This document shows, piece by piece, positions 18,544 to 29,547 of a DNA stretch of 64,000 nt (position 1 is its first letter; every line of letters starts with the position of its first letter). This stretch comes from an uncultured Clostridia bacterium (GTDB lineage Bacteria > Bacillota > Clostridia > TANB77 > CAG-508), in contig CANQHI010000002.1 of NCBI GenBank assembly GCA_947623725.1, positions 7,296-71,295 of the forward strand, given 5' to 3'. The notes below the pieces were generated by a model. That model did no database searches and was not told where the DNA came from. It saw only the letters and a program-made list of their open reading frames with translations. The position numbers were made by a program, and so were the translations under genes.

Positions 18544-20580
18544 ATGAAAGATAGTTTTATAGTAATGATAAAAAAGCATATGGTAGCAATAATATTAACT
18601 ATTGTATTTTGGCTATTTGCAGAGATATTTGTAGTAGCCCCATTATCTACAACAATAGTTGATAGTAGTGCTACCGGTGTTTTTGATTTAAGCTACTTTT
18701 TTGAAAATTTTACATTAAATATTGTAAGAGTTGCAGGTGTTGGAAAAATATTTAAAGAAGGTTATATAGGAACCTTTATGTTATGGACAGCAATTTTTAC
18801 AGTATTTTTTGCTATATGCGTTGGAATAGGATTATTTAAAAGTAGAAAAAGAGGAAAATATGACAAAATAGAACATGGTTCAAGTGACTGGAGTTCTGGT
18901 GGAGAACAATATAGAGTACTTAGCAGAAATGCCGGAATAATACTTGCAGAAGAGAATTATTTACCTTTAGATAAATTAGGTAATACCAATGTACTAATAG
19001 TCGGTGGTTCAGGTTCTGGTAAATCATCTGCATATACTATTCCAAATGCTCATCAATGCTTGGGATCTTATGTATTTACAGATCCCAAAGGTGAGATATA
19101 TGATGCAACCGCAGGATACTTAAAATCACAAGGATATGAAATAAAATTATTAAATTTAGTAAATCCAAATAGTAGTGATAGCTACAATCCAATACAACAT
19201 GTTAAATCAGAATTAGATGTAGACGTTATAGCAAATACCATAGTAAAAGGACAAAAATCAGAAGCAGCAGGAGCACAAGATCCATTCTGGGACAATATGT
19301 CAGAGCTATTATTAAAAGCTTTAATATATTATTTAATAGCAGCAGTACCTCCAGAAGAACAAAATTTAGCAAGTTGTGCAGAACTAGTTAGAGCAGCAAA
19401 TACAAAGGGAAATACAAATCTTTTATCAGAATTATTTAATAAATTACCTTATGATCACCCTGCAAGAATGAATTATAAATCAGTTGAAATATCTTCAGAC
19501 AAGACATATAGCTCAATATTAAGTTCATTACAATCAAAATTAGGAAAATTTGATTCAAAGGAAATTGCAAATGTAACATCAACTAATACAATAAGTTTTG
19601 AAGATATTGCTACAAAGAAAACAGCTTTATATGTAGTATCATCAGATACACATACAGCTTACGACTTTTTACTAACAATATTCTTTTCACAGATGATACA
19701 ACAATTATATGATTTTGCAGATAAAAATGGTGGAAAATTGCCACAAAAAACATTTTTTATACTAGATGAGTTTTCTAATATTGGTCAAATTCCAGACTTT
19801 GATAAAAAAATATCAACAAGTAGAAGTAGAGGAATTTCATTTAGTGTTATATTACAAAACTTAGATCAGCTTAAAGCATTATATGAAAAATCTTATGAAA
19901 CAATAATAGGTAACTGTGATACGCATGTATTCTTAGGAAGTAACTCTTATGCAACAGTTGAGTATTTTTCAAAAGAATTAGGAGAAAAAACAATATCACA
20001 TTATAGTAAGTCAATAAATAGAGACAATTATAATGATAGAAAAGGTTATAGTGAATCTGATCAAATAATGGCAAGAGCACTTATGACACCAGATGAATTA
20101 AGAAGATTAGACAATAATAATTGTATAATTTTCGAAAAAGGTTTAAAGCCAATTATGGCCCAAAAATATTATTGGTTTAAAAAGCCTAGAATTACAAAGG
20201 ACTTAAATTCAATTAGAATAGATCATAATGACTTTGATGCAGGAGATAGAGGAGAGTGGAGAAAATTTGATCCATATAACCCATTTACAGGAAAAGCAGT
20301 AGAAGATGAAAAAGAACAATCATTTAAAGTAGAATCACTAGATGACTTATGGACTGATGAAGAACCAAAAGAACAAAATTCAAATGAGGCAAAACCAATA
20401 GAGCAAACAGTTCCAGAAATAAAAAATAATAGTGAAGAATTAGCAAATCAAATAAAAAATGAAATGGAAAATAATAATGCTTATCAAAGTTCAGTGGAAC
20501 AACCAATCCAAGAAGATGAACTAGATATTCAAAAAGAGCTAGAGGCTAAATTTGATGAGTTGTTTGGTCCAATGGAATAA
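18544..20580 (+). CDS. Type IV secretion coupling protein homolog (TraG/TraD/VirD4 family ATPase), orphan
   Basis: N-terminal TM helices. Walker A LIVGGSGSGKSS. Walker B-like FFILDEFSNIG. Acidic C-terminal tail. No relaxase or VirB4 neighbour in the window. Confidence 0.75.
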   Translation: MKDSFIVMIKKHMVAIILTIVFWLFAEIFVVAPLSTTIVDSSATGVFDLSYFFENFTLNIVRVAGVGKIFKEGYIGTFMLWTAIFTVFFAICVGIGLFKSRKRGKYDKIEHGSSDWSSGGEQYRVLSRNAGIILAEENYLPLDKLGNTNVLIVGGSGSGKSSAYTIPNAHQCLGSYVFTDPKGEIYDATAGYLKSQGYEIKLLNLVNPNSSDSYNPIQHVKSELDVDVIANTIVKGQKSEAAGAQDPFWDNMSELLLKALIYYLIAAVPPEEQNLASCAELVRAANTKGNTNLLSELFNKLPYDHPARMNYKSVEISSDKTYSSILSSLQSKLGKFDSKEIANVTSTNTISFEDIATKKTALYVVSSDTHTAYDFLLTIFFSQMIQQLYDFADKNGGKLPQKTFFILDEFSNIGQIPDFDKKISTSRSRGISFSVILQNLDQLKALYEKSYETIIGNCDTHVFLGSNSYATVEYFSKELGEKTISHYSKSINRDNYNDRKGYSESDQIMARALMTPDELRRLDNNNCIIFEKGLKPIMAQKYYWFKKPRITKDLNSIRIDHNDFDAGDRGEWRKFDPYNPFTGKAVEDEKEQSFKVESLDDLWTDEEPKEQNSNEAKPIEQTVPEIKNNSEELANQIKNEMENNNAYQSSVEQPIQEDELDIQKELEAKFDELFGPME

Positions 20581-20684
20581 TTTAAAATAATACAAATAAA
20601 ATGTAAATAAAAATATAAATTAAATAAAAAATATAATTAAAAATATAAATGCAAATACAATTACAAATAAAAAATATAATTAAT

Positions 20685-20768
20685 TCTCGTATCTTGTTGT
20701 CGCAGAAAAGTGCTTCACACTTTTCGCTCCATTCGCGCTTCGCTTGAGCGCTACGCGATACTTCGAAT
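20685..20768. other. GC-rich (~50% GC) island with two tandem hairpins at an A-rich to T-rich strand-composition switch
   Basis: GAAAAGTG-cttca-CACTTTTC (20705-20725) and GCGCT-tcgcttg-AGCGC (20735-20751). Flanked by >100 nt of A-rich sequence upstream and T-rich sequence downstream on the + strand. Confidence 0.3.
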
Positions 20769-20933
20769 TTATTATATTTTTTATTTATTTGGTTAAATTT
20801 TTTTATTTTGATTATTTTATTATTTTTTTATGATATTTTTTATTATTAATTTTATTTTTATAATTTAATTTATAATCAATAATTTTTTATTTATAGCTTA
20901 TAATTTATTATGTTTTATTTATAGTTTTTTATT

Positions 20934-21368
20934 TCAATTCAGTGCATTTTGTATTAATTTTTTTATAATCTCATCAAGTTCTTCTCTTGATTTATATTCA
21001 TATTTATTAATAGATTCATCTTGTCTAATTTTCTTAACATCTTCATCATATTCAACATTTTTGAATATAACTTGTATATATTTAACCTTACTTTTTTTAG
21101 CTATTTCATATTCTTCTAATGTATACTGTCCGATTCTTTTTCCTACTATCATTATAAATATATCAGAAGTAGGAATTTCACTATTATAGTCTGCTTGTTT
21201 TCTTTCAGTTGATACGGTATTATCAGCAAATTCACATTCAAATAAATTAATTCTAACTCCATCATCAATTAGCTTATCTTGCAATTTTCTAATAGTGTTT
21301 CCTATCTGATTTCTTTCATTTTTAAATTCATTAACAGATGATGCAAGGAAAATTTTTAATCTTTTCAT
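20934..21368 (-). CDS. Standalone DUF4062-like domain protein (144 aa)
   Basis: KIFLASSVNEFKNERNQIGNTIRKL ... FECEFAD ... SDIFIMIVGKRIGQYT matches the DUF4062 pattern (VFISS..DL.EER ... mE.F ... cDiyIgIlG.RYG). Its start overlaps the stop of the upstream TPR gene. Confidence 0.55.
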   Translation of the reverse strand: MKRLKIFLASSVNEFKNERNQIGNTIRKLQDKLIDDGVRINLFECEFADNTVSTERKQADYNSEIPTSDIFIMIVGKRIGQYTLEEYEIAKKSKVKYIQVIFKNVEYDEDVKKIRQDESINKYEYKSREELDEIIKKLIQNALN

Positions 21369-24300
21369 TATTCTTTTCCTTTCTTTTTATCATTTTTTTG
21401 CTGAGCTTTAAATTCTGCTTTAAAGTTTTTAGCCATTTTTGCATATTTAGTAGCATCATCAATTAAATCTAATTTTATGCATACTCTAGCTAAATTATAA
21501 TAAGTAAAGGCTAAATCTTGGGCATATTCATGGTTCTTTTCATAAGCTTTTTTTAACATATCAAGAGCTTTTAAATAATAAGATGAAGCATCATCATATT
21601 TTTTATTGTGTCTACATGATTCTCCCATTTCTATATAGTCATAAATTAAGGTAGTTTCATATTTTTCATAATTATCTTTTATTAAATTTTCTTCAAGTTC
21701 TATAGCCATAAAGTAATATGTTTCTGAATCATCATATTTTTTATTATCATAATAAAATTCAGCAACCTTATGATAAGCGTTAGCAAGTGAAGCAGTATAC
21801 TTATCAGTTTCCTTAAATAGTTCTCGCTCTGTACTCATAGATTTTAGATAAAAATATTCTGTATATTTTTTATCCTTTAATTTAGAAAATATTAAAGCAA
21901 TATTATAATATAAATTAGCTAAATTATGTCTATTTACTATTGTTTTCTGCATTGATGGTTTTTCACGAATTTCAAGTGATATTTTATAGTAATCTATTGC
22001 TTTTTCAATTTTATTAGTATTAATATAAACACTAACTAAGCAATCACATATATCAGCATAATCTGATTCATATAATTTTTTATTATCATTGTATAATTTA
22101 GAGCATAATTCAAAAGCACTTAAATAATAATTTTCTGCGTCTTTATACTGTTTTCTTTGGAAGTATGTGTTGGCTAATTGTTTATAAGTATTATATAAAT
22201 AAGTAGCATATTCAGAAAAATCATTATCTAGAAGTTTTTCTAAAACAGCTATTCTATCTTTATAATATGTTTCAACCTTTTCATAGTCTTGCTTTTTGTC
22301 ATACAAATTTATAAGGTCATTATATGTTTTTGCAAGATTTAGTCCATTTTTATTAAAATTGTATTCTGCTAACTTTTTATATAATTCAAATGCTTTTAAA
22401 TAGTACTCCTCAGCTTTATCAATTTGATTCATATTATAGAAATAAAGTGCTCCTAGTCTATTAAAAACAAATGCAATATTATCAGTATAATCATTATTTT
22501 TTGCCTTTTTATCTAAATCTTGTCTTATTTTTAATGATTTTAAATAATAATTTTCAGCTTCTTTATATTTTTTAGTTACTTTATAAAGTTCACCTAAAGT
22601 ACAGTAAGAAGAACTTAAGTCGAATATTGAGTTAGAATTATTTTCATCAGAATATTTTTCTCTAATTTGCATACTTTTTAAAAGATATTTTTCAGCATCT
22701 TCATACTTCTTCATATTATTCAAATATAGAAGACCTAAATCATAGTAACATGAGGCAAGAGTTGGATTAAAATATTTTTCATCTCTAAGATGAATTTTTT
22801 CTATTAGTTCAATTCCATCTAAATAGCTTTTTTCTGCTTCATCATATTTTTTCAAAAGTATATAAATATCGCCTAATAATTGATAATTCCTTGCTAAATC
22901 TGGTTCATATAAACCTTTCATATTAGGAATTAAATTCTTGTAAATACTTATATTATTTACTAAATATTTTTCTGCTTCGTCATAATTTTTTATTTTCTTA
23001 TATAAATTACTGATTTTGTCATTTAATAGAGCTAAAGAATATTCAGAGTCTGATTTTTGTAAGTCCAAAGTATCTTTTAATATATCAATAGCCTTTTTAT
23101 AATATTCTTGATCATTTCCTAACAAATCGCCAAGTGATTCATAATCACCTGCAAGATAAAAATTATATTTTCTTGCATTTTTTTCTGCTAATTTTTTGTC
23201 AACTTCAATTTCCATTGAGCAATATTCTTTTGCTTTTTCTAAATTATTCATTGTATTGTATAGGTTAAAAAAGCAGGCATATAAATTTGAAAAGTAAGTT
23301 TCAATATTTTTATTATCAAATTCTTCCACATAGTAATCAAGTTGTTCCTGAGCTTTTTTTAAATATTTTTCTGAAGTCTCATAATCTTTTAATTTTATAT
23401 AAAATGCTCCAAAACTTTTGTAAATTTGTATAAGACTTATTTGATTGCTTTCTGTTTTATTATTAGCAAGTTTTTCATATAATTTTAATGCCTTGTTATA
23501 ATAAAATTGAGTTTTGTCATATTTATATATTTTTAAATAAAAACGACCAAGGGTTTGATAAGAACTTGCTAATCCGACTCATATAAGCTTGAGAATTACT
23601 TTCATATAATTCTTCCATTAGTTTCGTATCTTTTAAAAGATAATCTTCAGCTATATCATATTTTGATATGTTAAGGGCATATTTTCCAAGCTGATGATAA
23701 GAAGCAGATAAAAGTTCTTTTTTATCTTCATCTTTAGGATATTTTTTTACTAAGTCAATTCTTATATCTGTTGATTTTCTATAATATTTTAATGCATTAT
23801 GAAAATCATTATATTTTTCAAGTAAAAGTGCATAGTTATTATATGAATTAGATAATACAACTCTATAATAATCGTCACTGTCTTCAGTTAATATTTTTTC
23901 ATCTATTTCTATTGCTTTCAAGAAACAGTCTTTAGCTAGTTCAAATTTTGCATCTTCAAAGTATAAATATGCTAGTCCTAGATTATTATAAGCAATAGAA
24001 AGATTTTTTTGATACAATTTCGGATTAATTTCAACTAATTTTTTGTCAATTTCAATTAATTCTAGATATATTTTTTCAGCTTCTTCATATTTACCAATAT
24101 TATAATAAATTATTCCTAAGTGGTTATAAATACTTGATAAATTATCATAATATATTCCTTCGTCAAATTCTTTTTCATAATACTCTTTAGTGGAACTTAA
24201 ATTTAAATATTCTTTATATTTGTTAGCAAATTTTATTGCTTTATCATATTGGTTTTGGTTATTCAAATATAAACTATATTTATATAAACTGCGTCTATTT

Positions 24301-25310
24301 AGATTTCCTTGTTCATCAAGCTTTACAGCTTCCTCAAAAGCTTCTTCAATTTCTTTATATCTATTGTTATTATTTATATCCAATTTTAATATATCAATTC
24401 TTTGCATAAGCTCGTTTACAATTGTTTGCATTTCTTCTTTTTGCTTCTCTTGAATTTTCAATAATTTATCACCATCTGATTTTAAATCTTCAAAAGATAA
24501 AGCATTTTTTGCTTCTTCTAAATCACCATCATCTAAGCATTTTTTTGCATATATTTGTCTTTTAGAAAGCTTGCCGTCCATTGATGAAGAAATAAAGCTA
24601 CTTTCTAGTTCAATAATATTATTCTCAATTTGGTATATATTATCTTTTATTTTTGATCTCTTATCATTTATATCAGAAAATTTTTCAAAAGCTTTTTCAT
24701 CATCAGGATTTTTTCTAATAATATCTTTATATTCCCAATATTCTTGGTCTAGTTTATTATACTGTTCCTTTAAGTTATTTAAGTCTTTGTTGTTGAATAT
24801 AAATGGAATATTATCTAAAGTCATTATTTCGTCTTTATTAATACATAACTTGTTATCTATAACCTCAATTTTACCAGCTTCTAAGCCTAAAGATTTTAAT
24901 TGCAAAATTATATTTAACTTGATTGTATCAATATTTTCATACTGATTATAATAATGACCTAATTCTTCATCTAAATGCTTCATAAAATTAACAACTGACT
25001 CATCTTGATTTTCGCTTTTCTTGATATATGTTGTAATTTTAGGATTACGATTATTCTTGAAAAACTCATAAGCAGTATTAAATTCTTGAACTATCTTTTC
25101 ATCTGCAGTATGTGAAAATAGTATAAAAAACAATTCACTTTTCTTTATATCATCAGTTAAAACTTCAGAATCATCATCTGTGATTAGTCTAAAATAAATA
25201 TCATAATTCTCATATTTGTCATTTAAATCGCGTATAAAATTTCCAATTTCATCTTTTTCGTTTTGTAGTTCTTTTTCATCAACAGCTAAGAAAATATTAA
25301 TTTTTTTCAT
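21368..25310 (-). pseudogene. DUF4062-like domain + coiled-coil + long TPR-repeat protein (~1,300 aa), split into two ORFs (23523-25310 and 21368-23329) by a frameshift near 23579-23590
   Basis: The N-terminus MKKINIFLAVDEKELQNEKDEIGNFIRDL is paralogous to the 144-aa neighbour. The TPR reading frame continues without a stop from 23578 down through the GTG at 23329 (VGLASSYQTLGRFYLKIYKYDKTQFYYNKALKLYEKL...), so the 653-aa ORF is the downstream part of the same gene. Confidence 0.6.
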
Positions 25311-25406
25311 AACTTCATATCCTCATATAATATGTTAATTTTAATAAACATATTCTTATTTTATATTTAGGTTTTTTAAAGGCTACCTATAAACCTTATA
25401 ATTAAC

Positions 25407-26351
25407 TTATTTCAAGTGTTCTGGAATTCCCATTACATGCATAAAATTATTAAAACTTTCCTCATCTAATTCTTTTTTTACATCATCAACAGCTAAGTTA
25501 AATTTATTTAAAAAATTATTATAATCGCTTTTTTTCAAAAGTCTTTTTAAAATAATTATAATAGATAAAATGTCATTTTCACCTGATTCGTAGTGTTCTC
25601 CATTTTTAACAATTCCTAAATCATCATGAAAAAAAGACTTTTTATGAATTGGATAAGAAATACTTAAATTCAAATTAAATAGCATATTGCTATGTGCAGC
25701 GATGTTTCTAACGACATTTAGCATTTTCAAAAAGGTAAGTAAATCTTTATAATTAATTTGACAAAGATTAGATACTTCTTTTTTGTCCTCGATTTTCATT
25801 AAACTATAGAATTTTATAATGTTTCCAAAAGTAATTAAAGTAGTAAACATCCATAGAGGAATTGTATTATATAATTCTTTACATTCCTTTATATCCTTGT
25901 AATTATCAATATTTCTATTTAAGTTATCATCTAAATTTTTCATGAATTCTGTATAAAGTTGTTTAGTTTTATAATTAACACTAAAATTTTCTTCATTTAG
26001 ATAATTGTAAACACCATATTTCTTAGAAAAAGTATTTGCTATGTATGATTTTATATTAGTTTCAATTATAGAAATATAATTAAACATAATATTTCTAAGT
26101 TCTCTGTCAAATTTGTAAACAGCATAAATTTCTTCAAAATAAGTGTCCGTAGTACATGTCTCAATTCCATTTTTTTTAGAATTTTTTATATCAATAAATA
26201 TATCTTTATAACCAGTAATTAAGTTATAATAGTTTTCTCTTAAAAGGACTTCTTTAGCTTCTTTTTCATTTTTTATTATAATGTTACTAGACTTTATTAT
26301 CTCTATTTGTTCATTTATATCTTTGTATTCTAAATTCATATAAAATTTCAT
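25407..26351 (-). CDS. Abi_2 family abortive-infection protein (AbiD/AbiF-like)
   Basis: N-terminal EQIEIIKSSNIIIKNEKEAKEVLLRENYYNLITGYKDIF matches the Abi_2 consensus (L...NYYRL..Y...F). C-terminal VRNIAAHSNMLFN matches RNxxAH. Confidence 0.7.
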   Translation of the reverse strand: MKFYMNLEYKDINEQIEIIKSSNIIIKNEKEAKEVLLRENYYNLITGYKDIFIDIKNSKKNGIETCTTDTYFEEIYAVYKFDRELRNIMFNYISIIETNIKSYIANTFSKKYGVYNYLNEENFSVNYKTKQLYTEFMKNLDDNLNRNIDNYKDIKECKELYNTIPLWMFTTLITFGNIIKFYSLMKIEDKKEVSNLCQINYKDLLTFLKMLNVVRNIAAHSNMLFNLNLSISYPIHKKSFFHDDLGIVKNGEHYESGENDILSIIIILKRLLKKSDYNNFLNKFNLAVDDVKKELDEESFNNFMHVMGIPEHLK

Positions 26352-26464
26352 TCCTTTTTTCGTACATAATTATAAAAGTATTATTCTTTATTTTTCTATT
26401 TTGTATCCTAGTTTTATCAGTACTTTTAAAGATTCTTGTAAAGTATTTCTATATTAATATGGGC

Positions 26465-28270
26465 TTATACATTTTTATCTTCCTTATAAATATATGGTAT
26501 ATTTTTAATAATTTTTATATCTGAGTCTTTATAATTTTTATTAAGCTTATGTTCAATTTCATCTAGTTTTTCAAAATCAGCTATAGCAGGGTGTAATTTT
26601 GCTAAAATATGTTTTGCATCATTTATTTTTTCACGATATTTCTCAACATCAGCAATTGATGCACTTTGATATCCATCACTTCTCATATATGCTATCCATC
26701 TATTGTGCTCATTTTTAACTAATTCATTAAAAATTTTATCGTCTTGAAGTTTTTTCTCGAAGTTATTTAAATCAGTTCCAATATCACCAGTATATTCATC
26801 TTTTAATACTGAATAAATTTTGTATTTTATATGAGTTGCAGTTGCTCTTGAAGATTTTACATTATATTCTGTTTCATAATATTTTTCTAAATTAACATCA
26901 TCAGCATTGTATATTAAATGTACTCTTTGAGACATGTGCTCTATTTTTGAATCAATAATTGGATATTTGTAGTAAATATCATTAATGCTTCCAAAAGCAT
27001 TTAAGTTGTATTGTGTTTTTTCGTCAGCCTTTAAATAATTTATTTGCATGCTTTTTTCTTCATCTTTTATCCAAATATTAATAATTGGCTTATTATTGTA
27101 ATTTTCTTTATCTTGTAACAAGAAATATTTTCTTAAATAAATAGCTTCTTTTATATTTATTTCATCATTTTGAAGAGTTACAACTACATAATTAATATTT
27201 TTTAATTTATTTAATTCATCTAATGCTTTTTGAGAATTAATATCTGCTTCAATAAAGTTATAGTCGTAGTTTGCAATTAATTCAGGACATTCTTTTGTAA
27301 GTAATTCTTTTATGTGATTTGCTCTAATATCAATAATGTTTATTTTTAGCTTATATCCAATAATCTGACCACACCATGTAATTATCTTTAAAAATTCTCT
27401 TCCAACTTTGCCACAACCTACTATTAAAACAGAAATCTCATTGTTTATAGCATTTAGATAAATAGGCTTATCTTGCAATAACTGTATAATAGTTCTTTCA
27501 ACTTCATTTACAATTTCTAACTGAATATTGCCTTTATCAGTAGAATCTAAGATAATTCTAGAAACTTCATCATTTAAGATACTATAAATTTTTATCTTTT
27601 TATTTAATGATTTATTTTTTTCAATTAATCGTAAAGTTAAAGTTAAATTTTCATTTTCTATTTCATTTACTAAATAAATAGTAACAGTATTGCTTTTTAT
27701 CTTTTTTAAATTTATATTTTCTATTAATGAATAAAATTTAGTAATATTAAGTCCTTTTAAGTCATAATTTTTTGCATCATCTTTTTCACAATTTGCAAAA
27801 ATAATAGTTTTATCTTTATTATATAAGTTTTTAGCTATAGTTACAGATTTTTCATTTAATTCTGAAAAAATTAATATATCTTTTTTTCTAGTAAAATACA
27901 ATTTGAATTTGGTTGTAAAATCACCAATAAGAGTTAATAAAAAAGATACTGTAAGTAATGGCATTAATAATGTTAATAGATAAATTATACCAATATAAAT
28001 TGTATCAAATATATTTATGATTTGAAAATTATTAAGTATTCCTAAATTTTCATTTAAAATGATAGTTTGTGCAGAATATAAAATAGAATTTACTAGTTTT
28101 CCCATAAAATCAGGCTGTGTACTTAGTGGGAAAATTAATATAGCAAGTGAAACTGTCATTCCAAGTATTGATATAGGTATCCATTTTTTTGTATCATTTA
28201 TATTTTTTTTCGCTTTTATAACTGTAAAAATTAATATAATTATAGATAAAAGTAAAAATATATTATTCAT
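26465..28270 (-). CDS. Membrane protein: N-terminal 4-TM domain plus tandem Rossmann/RCK (TrkA-N)-like domains (CASTOR/POLLUX-like channel architecture)
   Basis: Four hydrophobic helices in the first ~120 aa. The GxGxxG-type loop VLIVGCGKVGREF begins a Rossmann domain. 601 aa. Confidence 0.45.
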   Translation of the reverse strand: MNNIFLLLSIIILIFTVIKAKKNINDTKKWIPISILGMTVSLAILIFPLSTQPDFMGKLVNSILYSAQTIILNENLGILNNFQIINIFDTIYIGIIYLLTLLMPLLTVSFLLTLIGDFTTKFKLYFTRKKDILIFSELNEKSVTIAKNLYNKDKTIIFANCEKDDAKNYDLKGLNITKFYSLIENINLKKIKSNTVTIYLVNEIENENLTLTLRLIEKNKSLNKKIKIYSILNDEVSRIILDSTDKGNIQLEIVNEVERTIIQLLQDKPIYLNAINNEISVLIVGCGKVGREFLKIITWCGQIIGYKLKINIIDIRANHIKELLTKECPELIANYDYNFIEADINSQKALDELNKLKNINYVVVTLQNDEINIKEAIYLRKYFLLQDKENYNNKPIINIWIKDEEKSMQINYLKADEKTQYNLNAFGSINDIYYKYPIIDSKIEHMSQRVHLIYNADDVNLEKYYETEYNVKSSRATATHIKYKIYSVLKDEYTGDIGTDLNNFEKKLQDDKIFNELVKNEHNRWIAYMRSDGYQSASIADVEKYREKINDAKHILAKLHPAIADFEKLDEIEHKLNKNYKDSDIKIIKNIPYIYKEDKNV

Positions 28271-28509
28271 TTTTATATAGGTCCTTTCAAAAACTCTTAT
28301 ACTCTTATTTTACCACAAAATGGGGTACTTTTTCAATGAAATTACATAATTAATTTTAATAAAAATACATATTAAAATTGGTGGAAAAATATTTACAAAC
28401 AAATGTTTCTATGATATATAATATGAAATAGTATAAAAGATAAAAAGACTAGGTATATTTTTTGTAGAAAGGAGAGAAAATCTATTTATATAAGTAGATT
28501 TAAGTAATT

Positions 28510-29547
28510 ATGAAATTTGTACATTTAGCAGATATACATTTTGACACTCCATTTAAGACAATATCAGATAGAGCAGATTTAGGAAAGATAAGAAGATTAG
28601 AACAAAGATCTGCGTTTAAAAAAGTAATAGAATTTATTAAAGAAAATAAAATAGAATATTTATTTATTAGTGGAGATTTTTTTGAGCAAGATTATGTTAG
28701 AAAATCTACAATTATATATATAAATAATTTATTTAATGAAATAAATAATACAAAAATATATATTGCACCAGGAAATCATGATCCATATATGGCAAATTCA
28801 TATTATAAGACTTTTGATTGGGCTGATAATGTAAAGATATTCACAGAAAAAGCAGAAAAAGTGGAAAATCCTGATGCAAATATCTATGGTTATGGGTTTA
28901 ATAATTATGAAATGAATGACAATCAATTAGAGGATATAGAAATTGATGATAAAAATAAAATAAATATATTAATTACTCATGGAACAGTTATATCAGGAAA
29001 TGAAATAAGTGGTATATATAATCCAATTAGTAAAAATAAATTAGAAGAAAAAGGATTTGACTATGTAGCATTAGGTCATATACATAAAAGAGATAAATTT
29101 TATCCAGGTTCGCTAATTTCAATGGGGTTTGATGAGATAGGAGAACATGGTTTTATATATGGAGAAATAGTAAATAACAAATTGAGTACTGAATTTATAA
29201 AAGCAGATGAAAGAGAATTTATAGAAATTGATGTTGATGTTTCAGATATATATTCAGAAGAAGATTTAATTGAAAAGTTAAATTTAATTGATACAGGTAA
29301 TAATTTATATGAAATTAATTTAATTGGGTATAGAAATTTTATTATTAATATTGATTTAAAATTAATACAAAAAAATATAATTAAAATAAAAGATTATACA
29401 GAAGTAAAAATAGAAATAAAAGAAAATAATAATACATTAAAAGGAATTAGTTTAAAAAAATTAAATGAAAAATTAAAAAATAATGAAATTAATAAAAAAG
29501 AATATGATGAAATTTTAGAAATTATTTTAAAAATATTTAATAATTGA
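28510..29547 (+). CDS. Mre11/SbcD-family metallophosphoesterase nuclease (YhaO/SbcF-like)
   Basis: MKFVHLADIHFD, GDFF, GNHD and GHIH phosphoesterase motifs. Confidence 0.75.
   Translation: MKFVHLADIHFDTPFKTISDRADLGKIRRLEQRSAFKKVIEFIKENKIEYLFISGDFFEQDYVRKSTIIYINNLFNEINNTKIYIAPGNHDPYMANSYYKTFDWADNVKIFTEKAEKVENPDANIYGYGFNNYEMNDNQLEDIEIDDKNKINILITHGTVISGNEISGIYNPISKNKLEEKGFDYVALGHIHKRDKFYPGSLISMGFDEIGEHGFIYGEIVNNKLSTEFIKADEREFIEIDVDVSDIYSEEDLIEKLNLIDTGNNLYEINLIGYRNFIINIDLKLIQKNIIKIKDYTEVKIEIKENNNTLKGISLKKLNEKLKNNEINKKEYDEILEIILKIFNN

Noticed and set aside
20580-20933. Integrase/transposase-bounded mobile element call for the T4CP region
   Set aside because: No integrase, transposase, relaxase or inverted terminal repeats identified in the window. 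Only the GC-rich hairpin island is noted as a possible boundary.
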